DNA of 64,000 nt from Candidatus Avispirillum faecium. Lineage in GTDB: Bacteria > Bacillota > Clostridia > Oscillospirales > CAG-272. This document shows, in pieces, positions 1-9,807 of this stretch. The notes beneath the pieces are model-generated. The model was not told the origin of the DNA, did not search any database, and saw only the letters and a program-made list of their open reading frames with translations. The stretch is taken from contig CAJFOI010000044.1 of the NCBI GenBank assembly GCA_904396155.1, positions 46,926 through 110,925 on the forward strand, given 5' to 3'. A program made the translations under genes and the position numbers. Within the stretch, counting starts at the first letter, position 1, and each line of letters starts with the position of its first letter.

Positions 1-1102
1 GGTCAAGGTTTTGTCTGTTTTCGGCACCCGCCCGGAAACGATCAAAATGGCGCCCTTGCTGAAGGAGCTGGAGCGGCGAAGCGAGATCGAAAGCATTGTG
101 TGTGTAACCGGGCAGCACCGGGAAATGCTGGATCAGGTTCTGAAAGCCTTTGCGATCCATCCGGATTATGATCTCCATATTATGAAGCAGGGACAGACTC
201 TCTCCGGCATCACCCAGGCGATTTTGGAAAAACTGGACCGTGTGCTTGCACAGACTGCACCGGACATGCTGCTGGTACACGGAGATACTACCTCAGCCTT
301 TGCCGGCGCCCTTTGCGGATACTATCACAAAATTCCCGTGGGCCATGTGGAAGCCGGGCTGCGCACCTACAACAAGTATTCTCCCTATCCCGAGGAAATC
401 AATCGGCAGTTTATCAGCCTGGTGGCAGACATGAATTTTGCCCCCACAGAAAAAAGCCGGGAGAATCTTCTGCGCGAAGGAAAGGATCCCGATACGATCT
501 ACGTGACCGGCAATACCGCCATCGACGCCCTGCAGCTCACCGTACGCCCGGATTACGAAGATGAAATCACCCGGTGGGCAAAGGGAAGCCGCCTGATCGT
601 ACTCACCGCCCACCGACGGGAAAATCTTGGGGAACCCATGCGGGGGATGTTTCGCGCCATTCGTCGGATCTGTGAAAAAAATCCGGATGTAAAGGTCGTC
701 TATCCTGTTCACCTCAACCCGATGGTGTCCGACGCTGCAAAGGAGATCTTCGGCAGCATGGAAAATGTGCGCCTAATTCCCCCTTTGGAGGTTGTGGAAT
801 TCCACAACCTGCTGGCAAAGTCCTACATGATCCTTACAGACAGCGGTGGAATCCAGGAGGAGGCACCTTCTCTGCACAAACCCGTCGTTGTACTGCGGGA
901 CACCACCGAACGGCCGGAGGGCGTACAAGCCGGTACCCTGCGCCTGGCGGGAACAGAGGAAGAAACCATTTACCGCATCATCGACGAACTGCTCTGTGAC
1001 AAAGCGCAATACGACGCCATGTGCAAAGCGGAAAATCCATATGGCGACGGACAAGCTTCCGTTCGCATCGCAGATGCGATCCTGCACCGATACAATTCCT
1101 GA
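1..1102 (+). CDS. wecB: UDP-N-acetylglucosamine 2-epimerase (non-hydrolysing), N-terminus cut by window edge
   Basis: The frame of ORF 11..1102 stays open back to nt 2 (VKVLSVFGTRPETIKMAP). The blocks FGTRPE.IKMAP, HVEAGLRT, TDSGGIQEEAPSL and NPYGDG are typical of WecB/MnaA epimerases. Confidence 0.9.
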   Translation, partial: VKVLSVFGTRPETIKMAPLLKELERRSEIESIVCVTGQHREMLDQVLKAFAIHPDYDLHIMKQGQTLSGITQAILEKLDRVLAQTAPDMLLVHGDTTSAFAGALCGYYHKIPVGHVEAGLRTYNKYSPYPEEINRQFISLVADMNFAPTEKSRENLLREGKDPDTIYVTGNTAIDALQLTVRPDYEDEITRWAKGSRLIVLTAHRRENLGEPMRGMFRAIRRICEKNPDVKVVYPVHLNPMVSDAAKEIFGSMENVRLIPPLEVVEFHNLLAKSYMILTDSGGIQEEAPSLHKPVVVLRDTTERPEGVQAGTLRLAGTEEETIYRIIDELLCDKAQYDAMCKAENPYGDGQASVRIADAILHRYNS

Positions 1103-1123
1103 TTTACGAGGTAGATACACTAT

Positions 1124-2746
1124 ATGAACACGAGTGTTTCCGTTTTTGCAAAAACGAAACAGCGGCTTACAAGCATTGTGCCGGAGATTGTTTTTGTTTT
1201 GCTGCTGGTCCAGCCGGTGCTGGATATTATTTCCTATTGGGCAACGGAATGGGAAATCACCACCTATACCACCATTTTCCGCTTTCTCATGTTTGCCGGA
1301 GTGCTGCTGTACAGCTTTATTCTGTCGGACAGAAAGGGGATCTATTTCCTCTTCGGCGGCGTTATTGCACTATACTGGATCCTGCATGTAGTCGCCTGCC
1401 TGCGTTCGGAGGGCGGCTATCTTTCCCCCTTTACAGACCTGAACAATCTGCTGCGCACGGTTCAGCTGCCCCTGTTTGCGCTGAGTTTTATGACCTTTTT
1501 TAAGAAAAGCGATCTTGTTCCCTCCAGAATCCAGTGTGCCTTTTTTGCAAATATGGTCATTATGATCCATTCCATTCTTTTCTCCTACATGACCGGCACA
1601 CAGGTGTACATGTATGTAGACTCCCAAAAGGGGCTTATGGGATGGGCGACAGTACACAACGCACAAAGCGCTATCCTCACCTTTGTCATCCCGCTCCTCC
1701 TTTTGTACGTGTATAAAAAGAAACACAAGGGCCTTTTTTATGCCGCTACCATCGTTTGCTTTGGCCTTTTGTTCTTTTCCGGCACCAAAGTAGATTATTA
1801 TGCGATCTTCATCATTGCGCCCGCCCTTATGATCTTTTTGTTTATCCAGGGAGAGCGCAGCCCGTTTTATTACGTTACGCTGCTGTGTGTCACTGTCACC
1901 TGCCTGCTGTGCTATAATACTTCCGTGGCGCACGACATATGGACAGATCACACTGTGGCAATGGGATATAAACAAAATTACGTAAACAATCTGCTCAGCA
2001 GACCAGAAGAAGAGGACGATCCCAGTCAAAATGTACTGGGGCTCCATCTTCCAAAAGATCTGGATGCAGAAAGCTATGCAGCTTTGGACGACCGAATGCA
2101 GGACATGATCTTTGAGGTGTACGATCTATATCTTCACCCCATGATCAACCGGTTCGGATTTGAGAGAGTAATCGAAAAATACGACTATTCTCTGGACGTC
2201 TCCGATCTGACGGAGCAGCGCCAGCAAAAACGGTTCTTTGCAGAACTCGCCTGGGAGGACTCCGATCTTTTTACCCGCTGTTTCGGATATGAATATATCA
2301 CGCTGGTTGAGCGATATTCCCTGGAGGTAGAGGAAGGGGAATTCCAGGAAATGGAAATGATCTACGACCTGGAAAACGATTTCCCATCTGTTTTTTACTA
2401 CAGTGGATATATCGGTTTTGCCATTTACATTTTGTTCCTTCTGTATTTTGCAGGTCTGGCCATCGTAGGTGTGCTGACCAGAGGCGGAAAACTAATCACG
2501 CTGGAAACAGCGATGGTGGGGATCACCTTTGGACTGGCTATGGGTGCGTCGCAGTTTTCCGGAAATGTCCTGCGCCGGCCCAATGCTTCGATTTATGTGT
2601 CCGTTATTCTGGCATATATTTATTACCTCACTGTAATACAATACAATGTAAAGCTGCGGGATATCTTCGGCGTATTCAGCAAAGAAAAGCGAAAACAATG
2701 GAAGAACAGCCGGCCGCAGAAAGTTGCTCTACAAGAAGAAGAATAA
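1124..2746 (+). CDS. polytopic membrane protein, possibly O-antigen ligase/polymerase-like
   Basis: 540-aa ORF starting 21 nt after the wecB stop. It has many hydrophobic helices interrupted by a ~110-aa acidic soluble insert. The functional assignment rests only on architecture and the wecB neighbourhood. Confidence 0.6.
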   Translation: MNTSVSVFAKTKQRLTSIVPEIVFVLLLVQPVLDIISYWATEWEITTYTTIFRFLMFAGVLLYSFILSDRKGIYFLFGGVIALYWILHVVACLRSEGGYLSPFTDLNNLLRTVQLPLFALSFMTFFKKSDLVPSRIQCAFFANMVIMIHSILFSYMTGTQVYMYVDSQKGLMGWATVHNAQSAILTFVIPLLLLYVYKKKHKGLFYAATIVCFGLLFFSGTKVDYYAIFIIAPALMIFLFIQGERSPFYYVTLLCVTVTCLLCYNTSVAHDIWTDHTVAMGYKQNYVNNLLSRPEEEDDPSQNVLGLHLPKDLDAESYAALDDRMQDMIFEVYDLYLHPMINRFGFERVIEKYDYSLDVSDLTEQRQQKRFFAELAWEDSDLFTRCFGYEYITLVERYSLEVEEGEFQEMEMIYDLENDFPSVFYYSGYIGFAIYILFLLYFAGLAIVGVLTRGGKLITLETAMVGITFGLAMGASQFSGNVLRRPNASIYVSVILAYIYYLTVIQYNVKLRDIFGVFSKEKRKQWKNSRPQKVALQEEE

Positions 2747-2773
2747 AAAAGAGGGGAAAATCCCCTCTTTTTT
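2745..2773. terminator. bidirectional intrinsic terminator
   Basis: AAAAAAGAGGGGA-AAA-TCCCCTCTTTTTT: a perfect stem flanked by an A-run and a T-run. It sits between the convergent stops at 2744-2746 (+) and 2772-2774 (-). Confidence 0.8.
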
Positions 2774-3356
2774 ATTCTTCCAGTGCCTGCCGCTCCTCTC
2801 GGTCCAGCTTGTACGTCTTCCATTCCTGCCCCGGCCGATGTACCGGGAACCCCTGGGTATCCTCCCCGGGATATTCCGCCGCGTCACAGCACAGATACAG
2901 CAGCAGCGTGTCCTCCTCACCAATATGCACGCCGGAAAAAATCAGCCGAAAATGGCAGTAAAAATACTTTTCCTCCCAGTCCGCCACCTCCGCTGTGGCA
3001 ATGGTATTTCCGTCCCCGTCCCGCAGTTCCCAGTAAAAATTGTCTCCGTTCTCTACGCCAAGATTTGCAAAAATACTTTCATTATAGCGCCCCGTAAGCT
3101 GCAGTTCTCCATCTTCCCGATTGTAGACCAGGGAGTGCGCAGAAAAATATCCGTCGGCAGACAGGGAGGTGCGGAATTTGTGTGTAAAAAACGCATCCTC
3201 CCCAAGAGATGCATAAGCATCCCTGGCTGCCTGCGTAGGAATCAACTCCGTCAGGCTTCCCTCGTCTTCCAGCATAAAGATCCGTCCCAGGATGACAAGC
3301 AAGCCCGCTATAAATATAAAAAGGAAAATCCTTCCTATGATTTTTCCAGGTCTCAT
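2772..3356 (-). CDS. hypothetical membrane-anchored protein
   Basis: 194-aa ORF with one N-terminal TM helix (IIGRIFLFIFIAGLLVILG) and C/G-rich third codon positions. I recognise no family. Confidence 0.55.
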   Translation of the reverse strand: MRPGKIIGRIFLFIFIAGLLVILGRIFMLEDEGSLTELIPTQAARDAYASLGEDAFFTHKFRTSLSADGYFSAHSLVYNREDGELQLTGRYNESIFANLGVENGDNFYWELRDGDGNTIATAEVADWEEKYFYCHFRLIFSGVHIGEEDTLLLYLCCDAAEYPGEDTQGFPVHRPGQEWKTYKLDREERQALEE

Positions 3357-3450
3357 ATAAACTCCAACGCCATCATGGCTCCATAATAAACTTTGATTTT
3401 ATTTTACCACACAACCAGGGGCCTTGCAATGCTATTTGCCGTTTTTATAC

Positions 3451-3479
3451 TTGACAAAACAGGCAAGAGCGAATATAAT
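3451..3479 (+). promoter_or_regulatory. sigma-A type promoter of the yceD-rpmF operon
   Basis: Exact consensus: TTGACA (3451-3456), 17-nt spacer, TATAAT (3474-3479). It lies about 50 nt upstream of the ATG at 3530. Confidence 0.7.
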
Positions 3480-3529
3480 ATACTTTCACAGGAGCAATCA
3501 CGCCGTGACCGCAAAGAAGGGGGCCTTTT

Positions 3530-4057
3530 ATGAAACTGGATCTCACACAGCTGATGAATAAGCGCATCCCCTCTCTGTCTTTTGATTTTTCCCTGCGCCC
3601 GGAGGATGTGGCGGATGCGCCAGCGCTTCCGGGAGATATTACACTGCGCACTCCGGTGCATGTTGCAGGGCAGATCGTAGACAATGACGGATACATGGCG
3701 CTGCATGCGCAAGTCAGCGTAACGTACGCCACCGTATGCGATCGGTGCCTGGATCCGCTGGAGAATGCCCTGTCTTTTCCCCTGGATCGGATTGTCACTG
3801 CAGGCGCTGCAGCTGTGGAAAATATCGACGAGGACGATATTCTCTGGATTCAGGAAGGCGGTATCGATTTTGACCGGGAAATCCTGGAGGCCGTATCTTT
3901 GGAACTGCCAGCCTATCACCTGTGCAGTGAGGACTGTCCCGGACTTTGTGACATCTGCGGAAAGAAGCGCGGCCGGGAGTGCACCTGCGGTGAGAAAAAA
4001 GAAATCGATCCGCGCATGGAAATATTTCAAAAACTACTTGATAAAATGGAAAAATAG
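3530..4057 (+). CDS. YceD/DUF177 family protein (ribosome-assembly associated)
   Basis: Sits directly upstream of rpmF, as is conserved for this family. The C-terminal Cys cluster CSEDCPGLCDICG...CTCG is typical of DUF177. Confidence 0.85.
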   Translation: MKLDLTQLMNKRIPSLSFDFSLRPEDVADAPALPGDITLRTPVHVAGQIVDNDGYMALHAQVSVTYATVCDRCLDPLENALSFPLDRIVTAGAAAVENIDEDDILWIQEGGIDFDREILEAVSLELPAYHLCSEDCPGLCDICGKKRGRECTCGEKKEIDPRMEIFQKLLDKMEK

Positions 4058-4109
4058 GAGTATAATGGATTGAAATGATCCTTTTTAACGTTACAAAGGG
4101 GGGATTCCA

Positions 4110-4295
4110 ATGGCAGTACCGAAGAGGAAAGTGTCCAAAGCGCGCAGAGACAAAAGACGCTCCAACGTATGGAAGCTGTCCATGCCCGGCATGGTAAAGT
4201 GTTCCAACTGCGGTGAATATAACCTGTCGCACAGAGTATGCAGTGCATGCGGTTATTACAACGGGAAGCAAGTAATTGCAAAAAAGGAAGCTTAA
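4110..4295 (+). CDS. rpmF: 50S ribosomal protein L32
   Basis: [17 protein letters not shown]... with the zinc-ribbon pairs CSNCG / CSACG. Confidence 0.95.
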   Translation: MAVPKRKVSKARRDKRRSNVWKLSMPGMVKCSNCGEYNLSHRVCSACGYYNGKQVIAKKEA

Positions 4296-4369
4296 GACAT
4301 GGAAAGACCGCCTGGTGCCTGTATCGGCCTCGGCGGCCTTTTCATTATAAAAAGAGAAAGGTTGCCTAC

Positions 4370-5011
4370 ATGATCCATGAGCCCAGACAAATAAACCGGA
4401 CACCGGAAGCTGCCGTGCTGGCTCTTTTTCTCTGTGCCGCCGTGAGTTTTGTGTCCGCATCTTTTGACCAGATCGCAGGAAAAGGGTTCCTTCAGGGCCT
4501 GGGGATGCTGTTTTTCTGCGCCATGATTTACATTTTGGTCCGATATAAATTCTCCCGGGTTCGCTATATCGTCCGGGAAAACGGCGGAGACAAGAAGACA
4601 GAAAATACGGAAAAAGAAGCCGTGACAGAGGGAGCCCCGCCCGATAATGTTGGAAACGGCGCATTGCGTCTGCCCCCGGAAGAGCTGGAATTTGTAGTAG
4701 AAAAGGCCCAAGGGAAACGCATTCCCTGTGCGGAGTGTGTTCTGTCCCTGGGGACCCTTACTGCGTGCATATCCCTGCCGGACAAACCCAAAGACCGCAG
4801 GAGAACCATCCGTCTGTACAAAAAAGCCAAAACCTATCGCTATCTCAAAAACATGGTGGGCGCCCACCAGTGTATGCTGCTGTTTTCCAGTCGGGAACTG
4901 GAGGACGTGCGGCTGATCATTGAGCCCTCTGAAAAAATGGAGGATTATCTGTCCGCAGTTGCCCGGTACAACAAAGAAAAGAAAATACACACGGAAAAAG
5001 AGCGCAGCTGA
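4370..5011 (+). CDS. hypothetical membrane protein
   Basis: Track ORF 4238..5011 overlaps rpmF. The in-frame ATG at 4370 (MIHEPRQ...) follows AGAAAGG. Two TM helices precede a soluble domain. No family recognised. Confidence 0.55.
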   Translation: MIHEPRQINRTPEAAVLALFLCAAVSFVSASFDQIAGKGFLQGLGMLFFCAMIYILVRYKFSRVRYIVRENGGDKKTENTEKEAVTEGAPPDNVGNGALRLPPEELEFVVEKAQGKRIPCAECVLSLGTLTACISLPDKPKDRRRTIRLYKKAKTYRYLKNMVGAHQCMLLFSSRELEDVRLIIEPSEKMEDYLSAVARYNKEKKIHTEKERS

Positions 5012-5030
5012 ATACAAAGCAGCTGCGCTC
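5000..5030. terminator. bidirectional intrinsic terminator
   Basis: GAGCGCAGCTG-9 nt-CAGCTGCGCTC: an 11-bp stem with an A-run before and TTT after. It lies between the convergent genes 4370..5011 and 5042..5989. Confidence 0.7.
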
Positions 5031-5041
5031 TTTGGCAATCT

Positions 5042-5989
5042 TTAGTTTTCAAATAGGCTGACAAGAGACGCAAATGTTTCCTCTGGTATTTGCACACAAA
5101 CATCGAGAATTCCCCGGAAGGAAACATATCCCCCTTCAAACAGGCGGAGTTCCACCGTCATGCCGTTTTGCATTTGGAAATACATGTGGCAAATTTCTTT
5201 GTCATATATGGAATACTCTTCCTCATCCAGGGGAATGTCATCGGACAGCATAAACTCTGCGGCGTTCAGCGCGCTGATAAAGTTATTGATAATCTTTGTT
5301 CCTTTCTCATCCAATATACACGCTTTCCTATTTGAATAATGCCATGATTTTCGAACTTCATATTGCACAGAAAGGTAATTATCAGAAAGATGCAGCCGGT
5401 CCTCATACAGCTCGGAGCCATACTGAAGGGTAATGCCGGTATTGCAAATAAAGAGATCGATTTGTCCGGCCCCTCGTTTCATACACAGCATAAATGTCGG
5501 ATCGAAGCCTTGTACCGAATAAAAATCCCCGCTGACACTCCCCGCCAGTTCCACATAACCGTCGCTGGGCGTCCATTCGTCAATCAGTCCCGTTGCTGTA
5601 CCAAGATACTCTCCAAGAGTCATCCCATTGTCCTCTATCCACTCATAATATATATATGTCCGTCCCTGATAGATAAAAAATCCTATCATATCCGACTGTA
5701 CCGCGGGATCCGATATTAATTCCAGAGAAAACTGCGCCGGGGGAATCGTTACCCCTTCCTGTCCTATTGTTGCTTCATTCATTTGCGGATTTTCTATTTT
5801 TCCGCTTTCGCTATTTGGAGACGGCAGACATTTCCACAAAAGAACGCCTCCCGCGGCAATGCACAGGCACGCAGCCGCAGCGCACCACCTCATCCATCCT
5901 TTCTTTTTTCCTGCCTTGTAATGGATCGCTTCTTCAATATACTTGCTGTCGATTTGGTCCACCGCACCAAAAAGTTTTTCTGCATTCAT
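5042..5989 (-). CDS. putative anti-sigma factor / membrane protein downstream of the ECF sigma gene
   Basis: Its start overlaps the sigma gene stop (ATGA at 5986-5989). A short cytoplasmic N-terminus is followed by one TM helix (WCAAAACLCIAAGGVLLW) and a large extracytoplasmic domain. Confidence 0.6.
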   Translation of the reverse strand: MNAEKLFGAVDQIDSKYIEEAIHYKAGKKKGWMRWCAAAACLCIAAGGVLLWKCLPSPNSESGKIENPQMNEATIGQEGVTIPPAQFSLELISDPAVQSDMIGFFIYQGRTYIYYEWIEDNGMTLGEYLGTATGLIDEWTPSDGYVELAGSVSGDFYSVQGFDPTFMLCMKRGAGQIDLFICNTGITLQYGSELYEDRLHLSDNYLSVQYEVRKSWHYSNRKACILDEKGTKIINNFISALNAAEFMLSDDIPLDEEEYSIYDKEICHMYFQMQNGMTVELRLFEGGYVSFRGILDVCVQIPEETFASLVSLFEN

Positions 5990-6543
5990 ACAAATACCTC
6001 TTTTTCCATCAAATATTCCTTCATCTTCTGACGTATGCGGGACAGCCGAACGGATATGTTTTTCTCGGTAAGCCCTACGCGCCGGGCTATATCCTTACAG
6101 CTGTCAGAGAACCAATAGCGGCGCATGAAAATAACGCGGTTTTCTGCGCTCAGCGTATCTAAAAAGCCTTCGATGATACGGGCAAGCTCCTTGGGCTCCA
6201 TCTCATCTTCTACTGTATTCCCGTCCGACAGGCAGTCTTCTATTTCCTGCACAGCAACAGTGTAAATGCTGTTTCGCTTGGCAGCCGTCTTTTTGTTATA
6301 GAGCTTCAGTGAAAGATTGCGAACAATTTTACAGACATATGTAAGCAGCGGGCTCGGCTTCTCTGGGGAAATGGCATTCCATGCGCCCAAATAAGCGTCG
6401 CTGACGCATTCCTCCGCATCCTCTCTGTCGTTCACAATATTGTAGGAGAGCTTATGAAGCACTTTGCCGTATTTTATGTCCAGCTCTCGTATGGCCTGTT
6501 CTGAACGCTGAAAAAACAATGCAACGATTTTTTCATCCTCCAT
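5986..6543 (-). CDS. RNA polymerase sigma-70 family factor, ECF-like
   Basis: Region 2 (DREDAEECVSDAYLGAW) and region 4 (CKDIARRVGLTEKNISVRLSRIRQKM) are present. The ATG at 6543 sits behind AAAGGAGG. The track start at 6552 is a GTG only 2 nt from the SD. Confidence 0.85.
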   Translation of the reverse strand: MEDEKIVALFFQRSEQAIRELDIKYGKVLHKLSYNIVNDREDAEECVSDAYLGAWNAISPEKPSPLLTYVCKIVRNLSLKLYNKKTAAKRNSIYTVAVQEIEDCLSDGNTVEDEMEPKELARIIEGFLDTLSAENRVIFMRRYWFSDSCKDIARRVGLTEKNISVRLSRIRQKMKEYLMEKEVFV

Positions 6544-6628
6544 GTTCCGCACCGCCTCCTTTCCGGCTTCATCTATATACTACGGTTTTCTCTTCAAATA
6601 CTACATGCAGCAACAAACTTTTTTATAA

Positions 6629-6659
6629 ATTATACCATAGATCTGCCTTGTTTTTTCAA
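6629..6659 (-). promoter_or_regulatory. possible extended -10 promoter for the sigma/anti-sigma pair
   Basis: On the minus strand: TTGAAA, 19-nt spacer, TGgTATAAT. The spacer is longer than optimal. Confidence 0.35.
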
Positions 6660-6665
6660 ATGGGC

Positions 6666-6708
6666 AAAAAAGCGGGTATTCGGTACGAAACCAAATACCC
6701 GCTTTTTT
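6666..6708. terminator. bidirectional intrinsic terminator after the PepSY gene
   Basis: AAAAAAGCGGGTATT-loop-AATACCCGCTTTTTT, immediately downstream of the minus-strand stop at 6717. Confidence 0.75.
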
Positions 6709-6716
6709 CTTTTCAC

Positions 6717-7628
6717 TTATCGATCCATATCATATTCCAGCACGGCACCTGTAGTGGCGTCGATGGTGCATTCATATTCCACATATCCCTGATAAAACTC
6801 GATCTCATACACCGTGCGCCCGTCGTCGTGCTCCAGCTTTGCCTTGGAAAAGTGTACATCGGCCAATGTAAGGCCCGCATGGCCCACGGCGATCTCCTTT
6901 GCCTCGTCCAAGCTGAGCAGCGTGCCGCCGGTGCCGGAGGCTCCGCCGCCCTGGATATTTTCCACGCTTTTGCTCAGCACCGCACCAGTGCCCGCGTCTA
7001 TTTCATACTCGTATACGCTGTTTTGTGCAGCCACGATAAAGTCGATGTCGTAAACAGATCTGCCGTCATCCCAGTCCTGCTTCTCCTGAATAAATTCCAC
7101 CTGCGTCTGCTGTGCGTCTACACCGGCGTCGGCCAGTGCAAGCGCCTTTGCCTCATCCAGACTGATCTGACCGGCAGAAGATGTAGTCGTCGGCGCAGCA
7201 GGCTGGGTGGCGGGCGACGTGTCTGTCGCCCCAGGCGTATCCGTCACCAAAGGCGCCGTCGTTTCCCCTGTAGTATATGGGATAACGTTCTCATCGTCCG
7301 ACGGCTCCCGCTCCCTGCTCAGGATCGTTCCGTCGGATGCGCGCACCAGGTAATCATAGTCCATTCCGTCTGCGGTAAAGTCCACTTCGTATACGAAGTG
7401 CCCCCGCTCAAACTCAAACTCCGTACGGGAAAGAACCACACCGGCAGGATCGACGCCGGCATCGGCAAAGGCGGCATCCTGTGCGCCCCGCACCCCGATG
7501 GAGGTGTTTTCCGCCACGGTACTCACAGCAAATGCAGTCCCCACCCCCAAAATTGCAAGAACAGCAAGAATACATGCAACAGACGCCACAGCCTTCAGCG
7601 GCGTATCAAAAAATTTCTTCACTTTCAT
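6717..7628 (-). CDS. secreted/membrane-anchored protein with three PepSY domains
   Basis: N-terminal TM helix followed by three repeats of the pattern ...L.EAK.IAL.HAG...V.F.K...E.DDGR.VYEIEF. The ATG at 7628 (MKVKKFF) follows AAAGGAG. Confidence 0.8.
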   Translation of the reverse strand: MKVKKFFDTPLKAVASVACILAVLAILGVGTAFAVSTVAENTSIGVRGAQDAAFADAGVDPAGVVLSRTEFEFERGHFVYEVDFTADGMDYDYLVRASDGTILSREREPSDDENVIPYTTGETTAPLVTDTPGATDTSPATQPAAPTTTSSAGQISLDEAKALALADAGVDAQQTQVEFIQEKQDWDDGRSVYDIDFIVAAQNSVYEYEIDAGTGAVLSKSVENIQGGGASGTGGTLLSLDEAKEIAVGHAGLTLADVHFSKAKLEHDDGRTVYEIEFYQGYVEYECTIDATTGAVLEYDMDR

Positions 7629-7705
7629 AATCTGACACTCCTTTCGTATCATCTGCTACAAGGATACCGGCAAAACATTAAAAGAACATTAAAACGAAAA
7701 AATTT

Positions 7706-9109
7706 TTATTGACTTAGCAGGCGAAGGGTAAAAACAGTCCTTCCGTCCCCGCTTTGCACCGTGAGTGTGCCCCCGTGGAACCGGGCGATCTCCCGGGCCA
7801 TGGACAACCCCAGTCCGATTCCGGCATTGGTCCGGGAGCTGTCCACCTGATAAAAGCGCCGGAATATCTTTTCCTGCTCTGCCTCCGGAATTCCGATCCC
7901 GTCGTCCGCAACAGTCAAAACAACCTCGCCGCCTTCCGCCTTCAGCTCCACCCAAATGTGCCCGTTTTCCTTCCCATATCGATAGGCGTTGCTGATCAGA
8001 TTGGTCAGCAGTCGGCTCAAAAGCGCCCGGTTTCCAAGAACTTGCACATGCGAAATCTCCCTGTGTTCCAGACAGATGCCCCGCTCCCCGATCAGCGCCA
8101 TATCGTCACACAGATCGGATACCAACTCGGAGAAATCTACCGGCTCCCGCGTATAGCTTTCCGCCTGCTGCTCCAGCCGGGCAAAATCCAGCATGTCGCC
8201 AATCAGCTTGGACATCCTTTTCCCCTGCCGCTGAATGACCCGCAACGCATCCGCATATTCCTCCGGCGTCCGTTCCGCCTCCAGCGAGAGCTCACATTGG
8301 GCAAGAATGACCGCCGCCGGCGTGCGCAACTCGTGAGAGGCATCGGAAGTAAACTGCCGCTGGGCTGCAAAGGCTTTATCCAGCCGGGAAAACATCTCGT
8401 TGAAGCGGTCTGCCAGCTGATGCAGTTCATCCTTTCCTGGACCCAACTGGATCCGCTGTTTCAAATCCCCACCGCTTTCGATCCTTGCCGCAGCGTCGGA
8501 TATCTTTTGCACCGGGCGCAGCATTTTTCCCGCAAGGATATAACCACCGGCAAGGGCAAGCAAGAACAGGGACGGCAAAACGATCAGGGACAAATGGGAA
8601 ATATCGGACATTTGCCTGGAGCCCTGGGTTTCCGCCACCACGCCCCGAAGCCAGAGATGTTCCAGTCCTTGTCTTGACAATTCTCTGTCAAAGACATAGT
8701 ATGTCAGACCGTTTATCTTGACGCTCTGAATCTGTCCGTCAATAAACCGCAGCTGAGCCAGCGCCCCAGCAACGGGGTCCTCACCGTACAGCAGGCCGCC
8801 GCTGCTTTGATACAGAGCGGTATACACCTCGTTGACCTGATCCAAAAAATCGTCGTCTATTTTGAGAAAGCCCCCCGCATAGCTGAGGAAATGATTCACA
8901 TCGGCAGACGCCTGCAGCTCTTCCAGGTCTGCGTAATATTCAATTTCGTCCACATTGCGCTCGACTGTGTTCACCAGGCCATCCCGAATGGTCTTCTGGA
9001 TCACCTGGTTGCTCACAAAAAGTACCGTAAAGATCGAAATCCCCACCATCACCAAAAGGATCGCGGCAAACCACAGGGTGATCTTCGCCCGTATGGACCA
9101 GTTCTTCAT
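7706..9109 (-). CDS. sensor histidine kinase (2 TM, HAMP, HisKA, HATPase_c)
   Basis: H-box FTSDASHELRTP, N-box LISNAYRYG, and the G-boxes DDGIGIP and GIGLGLSMAREI. Confidence 0.9.
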   Translation of the reverse strand: MKNWSIRAKITLWFAAILLVMVGISIFTVLFVSNQVIQKTIRDGLVNTVERNVDEIEYYADLEELQASADVNHFLSYAGGFLKIDDDFLDQVNEVYTALYQSSGGLLYGEDPVAGALAQLRFIDGQIQSVKINGLTYYVFDRELSRQGLEHLWLRGVVAETQGSRQMSDISHLSLIVLPSLFLLALAGGYILAGKMLRPVQKISDAAARIESGGDLKQRIQLGPGKDELHQLADRFNEMFSRLDKAFAAQRQFTSDASHELRTPAAVILAQCELSLEAERTPEEYADALRVIQRQGKRMSKLIGDMLDFARLEQQAESYTREPVDFSELVSDLCDDMALIGERGICLEHREISHVQVLGNRALLSRLLTNLISNAYRYGKENGHIWVELKAEGGEVVLTVADDGIGIPEAEQEKIFRRFYQVDSSRTNAGIGLGLSMAREIARFHGGTLTVQSGDGRTVFTLRLLSQ

Positions 9110-9786
9110 CCGTCCGTCTCCTCCCGCAGTACGTAGCCGCTGCCCCGCACTGTGTGGATCAGCTTTTTCTTTTGTCCCTCGTCAATCTTTTTCCGCAAAT
9201 AGCGGATGTACACATCCACCACATTGGTGCCTCCCTCATAGTCGAAGTTCCACACGTGGTCCTCGATTTTTTCCCGGGACAGCACCACTCCCTTGTTGTG
9301 CATCAAATACTCCAGCACAGCATATTCCCTGGCGGACAGCGAAATCTCTCTGCCGCCCCGCCGCACCACGTGGGACGCGGTGTCCATGGTCAGATCTCCC
9401 ACTGTTAAAACACTGCAGATCCCCCCAAAGGACATCCGGGTCATAGCACGCAGACGGGCGGCAAGTTCTTCCATGGAAAAGGGCTTGATCATATAGTCGT
9501 TTGCCCCGCTGTCCAGGCCCCGCACCCGATCCTGCACACTGTCCCTGGCAGTGAGAAACAGCACCGGCATGGCCTTTCCCCGGTCGCGCAAACTGCGCAG
9601 GACGGCAAAGCCGTCTGCGCCGGGCATCATAATATCCAAAATAATGGCATCGTAATCTGTATAGGAAAGGATGTCCATGGCCTCTTTTCCATCGTAGCAG
9701 GTATCTACACTGTACCCCTCCTGCGTGAGCTTTTGCGCGATAATCCGGTTCAAATCCCGCTCATCCTCGGCTATCAAAACCCGCAC
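9106..9786 (-). CDS. OmpR/PhoB-family response regulator
   Basis: Receiver domain (MRVLIAEDE...AIILDIMMPGADG...KP) plus a winged-helix C-terminus (REYAVLEYLM...VRGSGYVL). Its stop overlaps the kinase start. Confidence 0.92.
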   Translation of the reverse strand: MRVLIAEDERDLNRIIAQKLTQEGYSVDTCYDGKEAMDILSYTDYDAIILDIMMPGADGFAVLRSLRDRGKAMPVLFLTARDSVQDRVRGLDSGANDYMIKPFSMEELAARLRAMTRMSFGGICSVLTVGDLTMDTASHVVRRGGREISLSAREYAVLEYLMHNKGVVLSREKIEDHVWNFDYEGGTNVVDVYIRYLRKKIDEGQKKKLIHTVRGSGYVLREETDG

Positions 9787-9807
9787 GGTCCACCCCCGCT
9801 TTCTCCG

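Noticed and set aside
6519-7712. 397-aa plus-strand ORF. The same applies to the similar ORFs 12394..13428, 33374..34690, 36343..37431, 38845..39945, 41244..42440 and 42332..43618.
   Set aside because: All are antisense to confidently identified genes (the PepSY protein, topoisomerase B, thiI, the EF-G paralogue, msmX, the M42 peptidases) and lack motifs.
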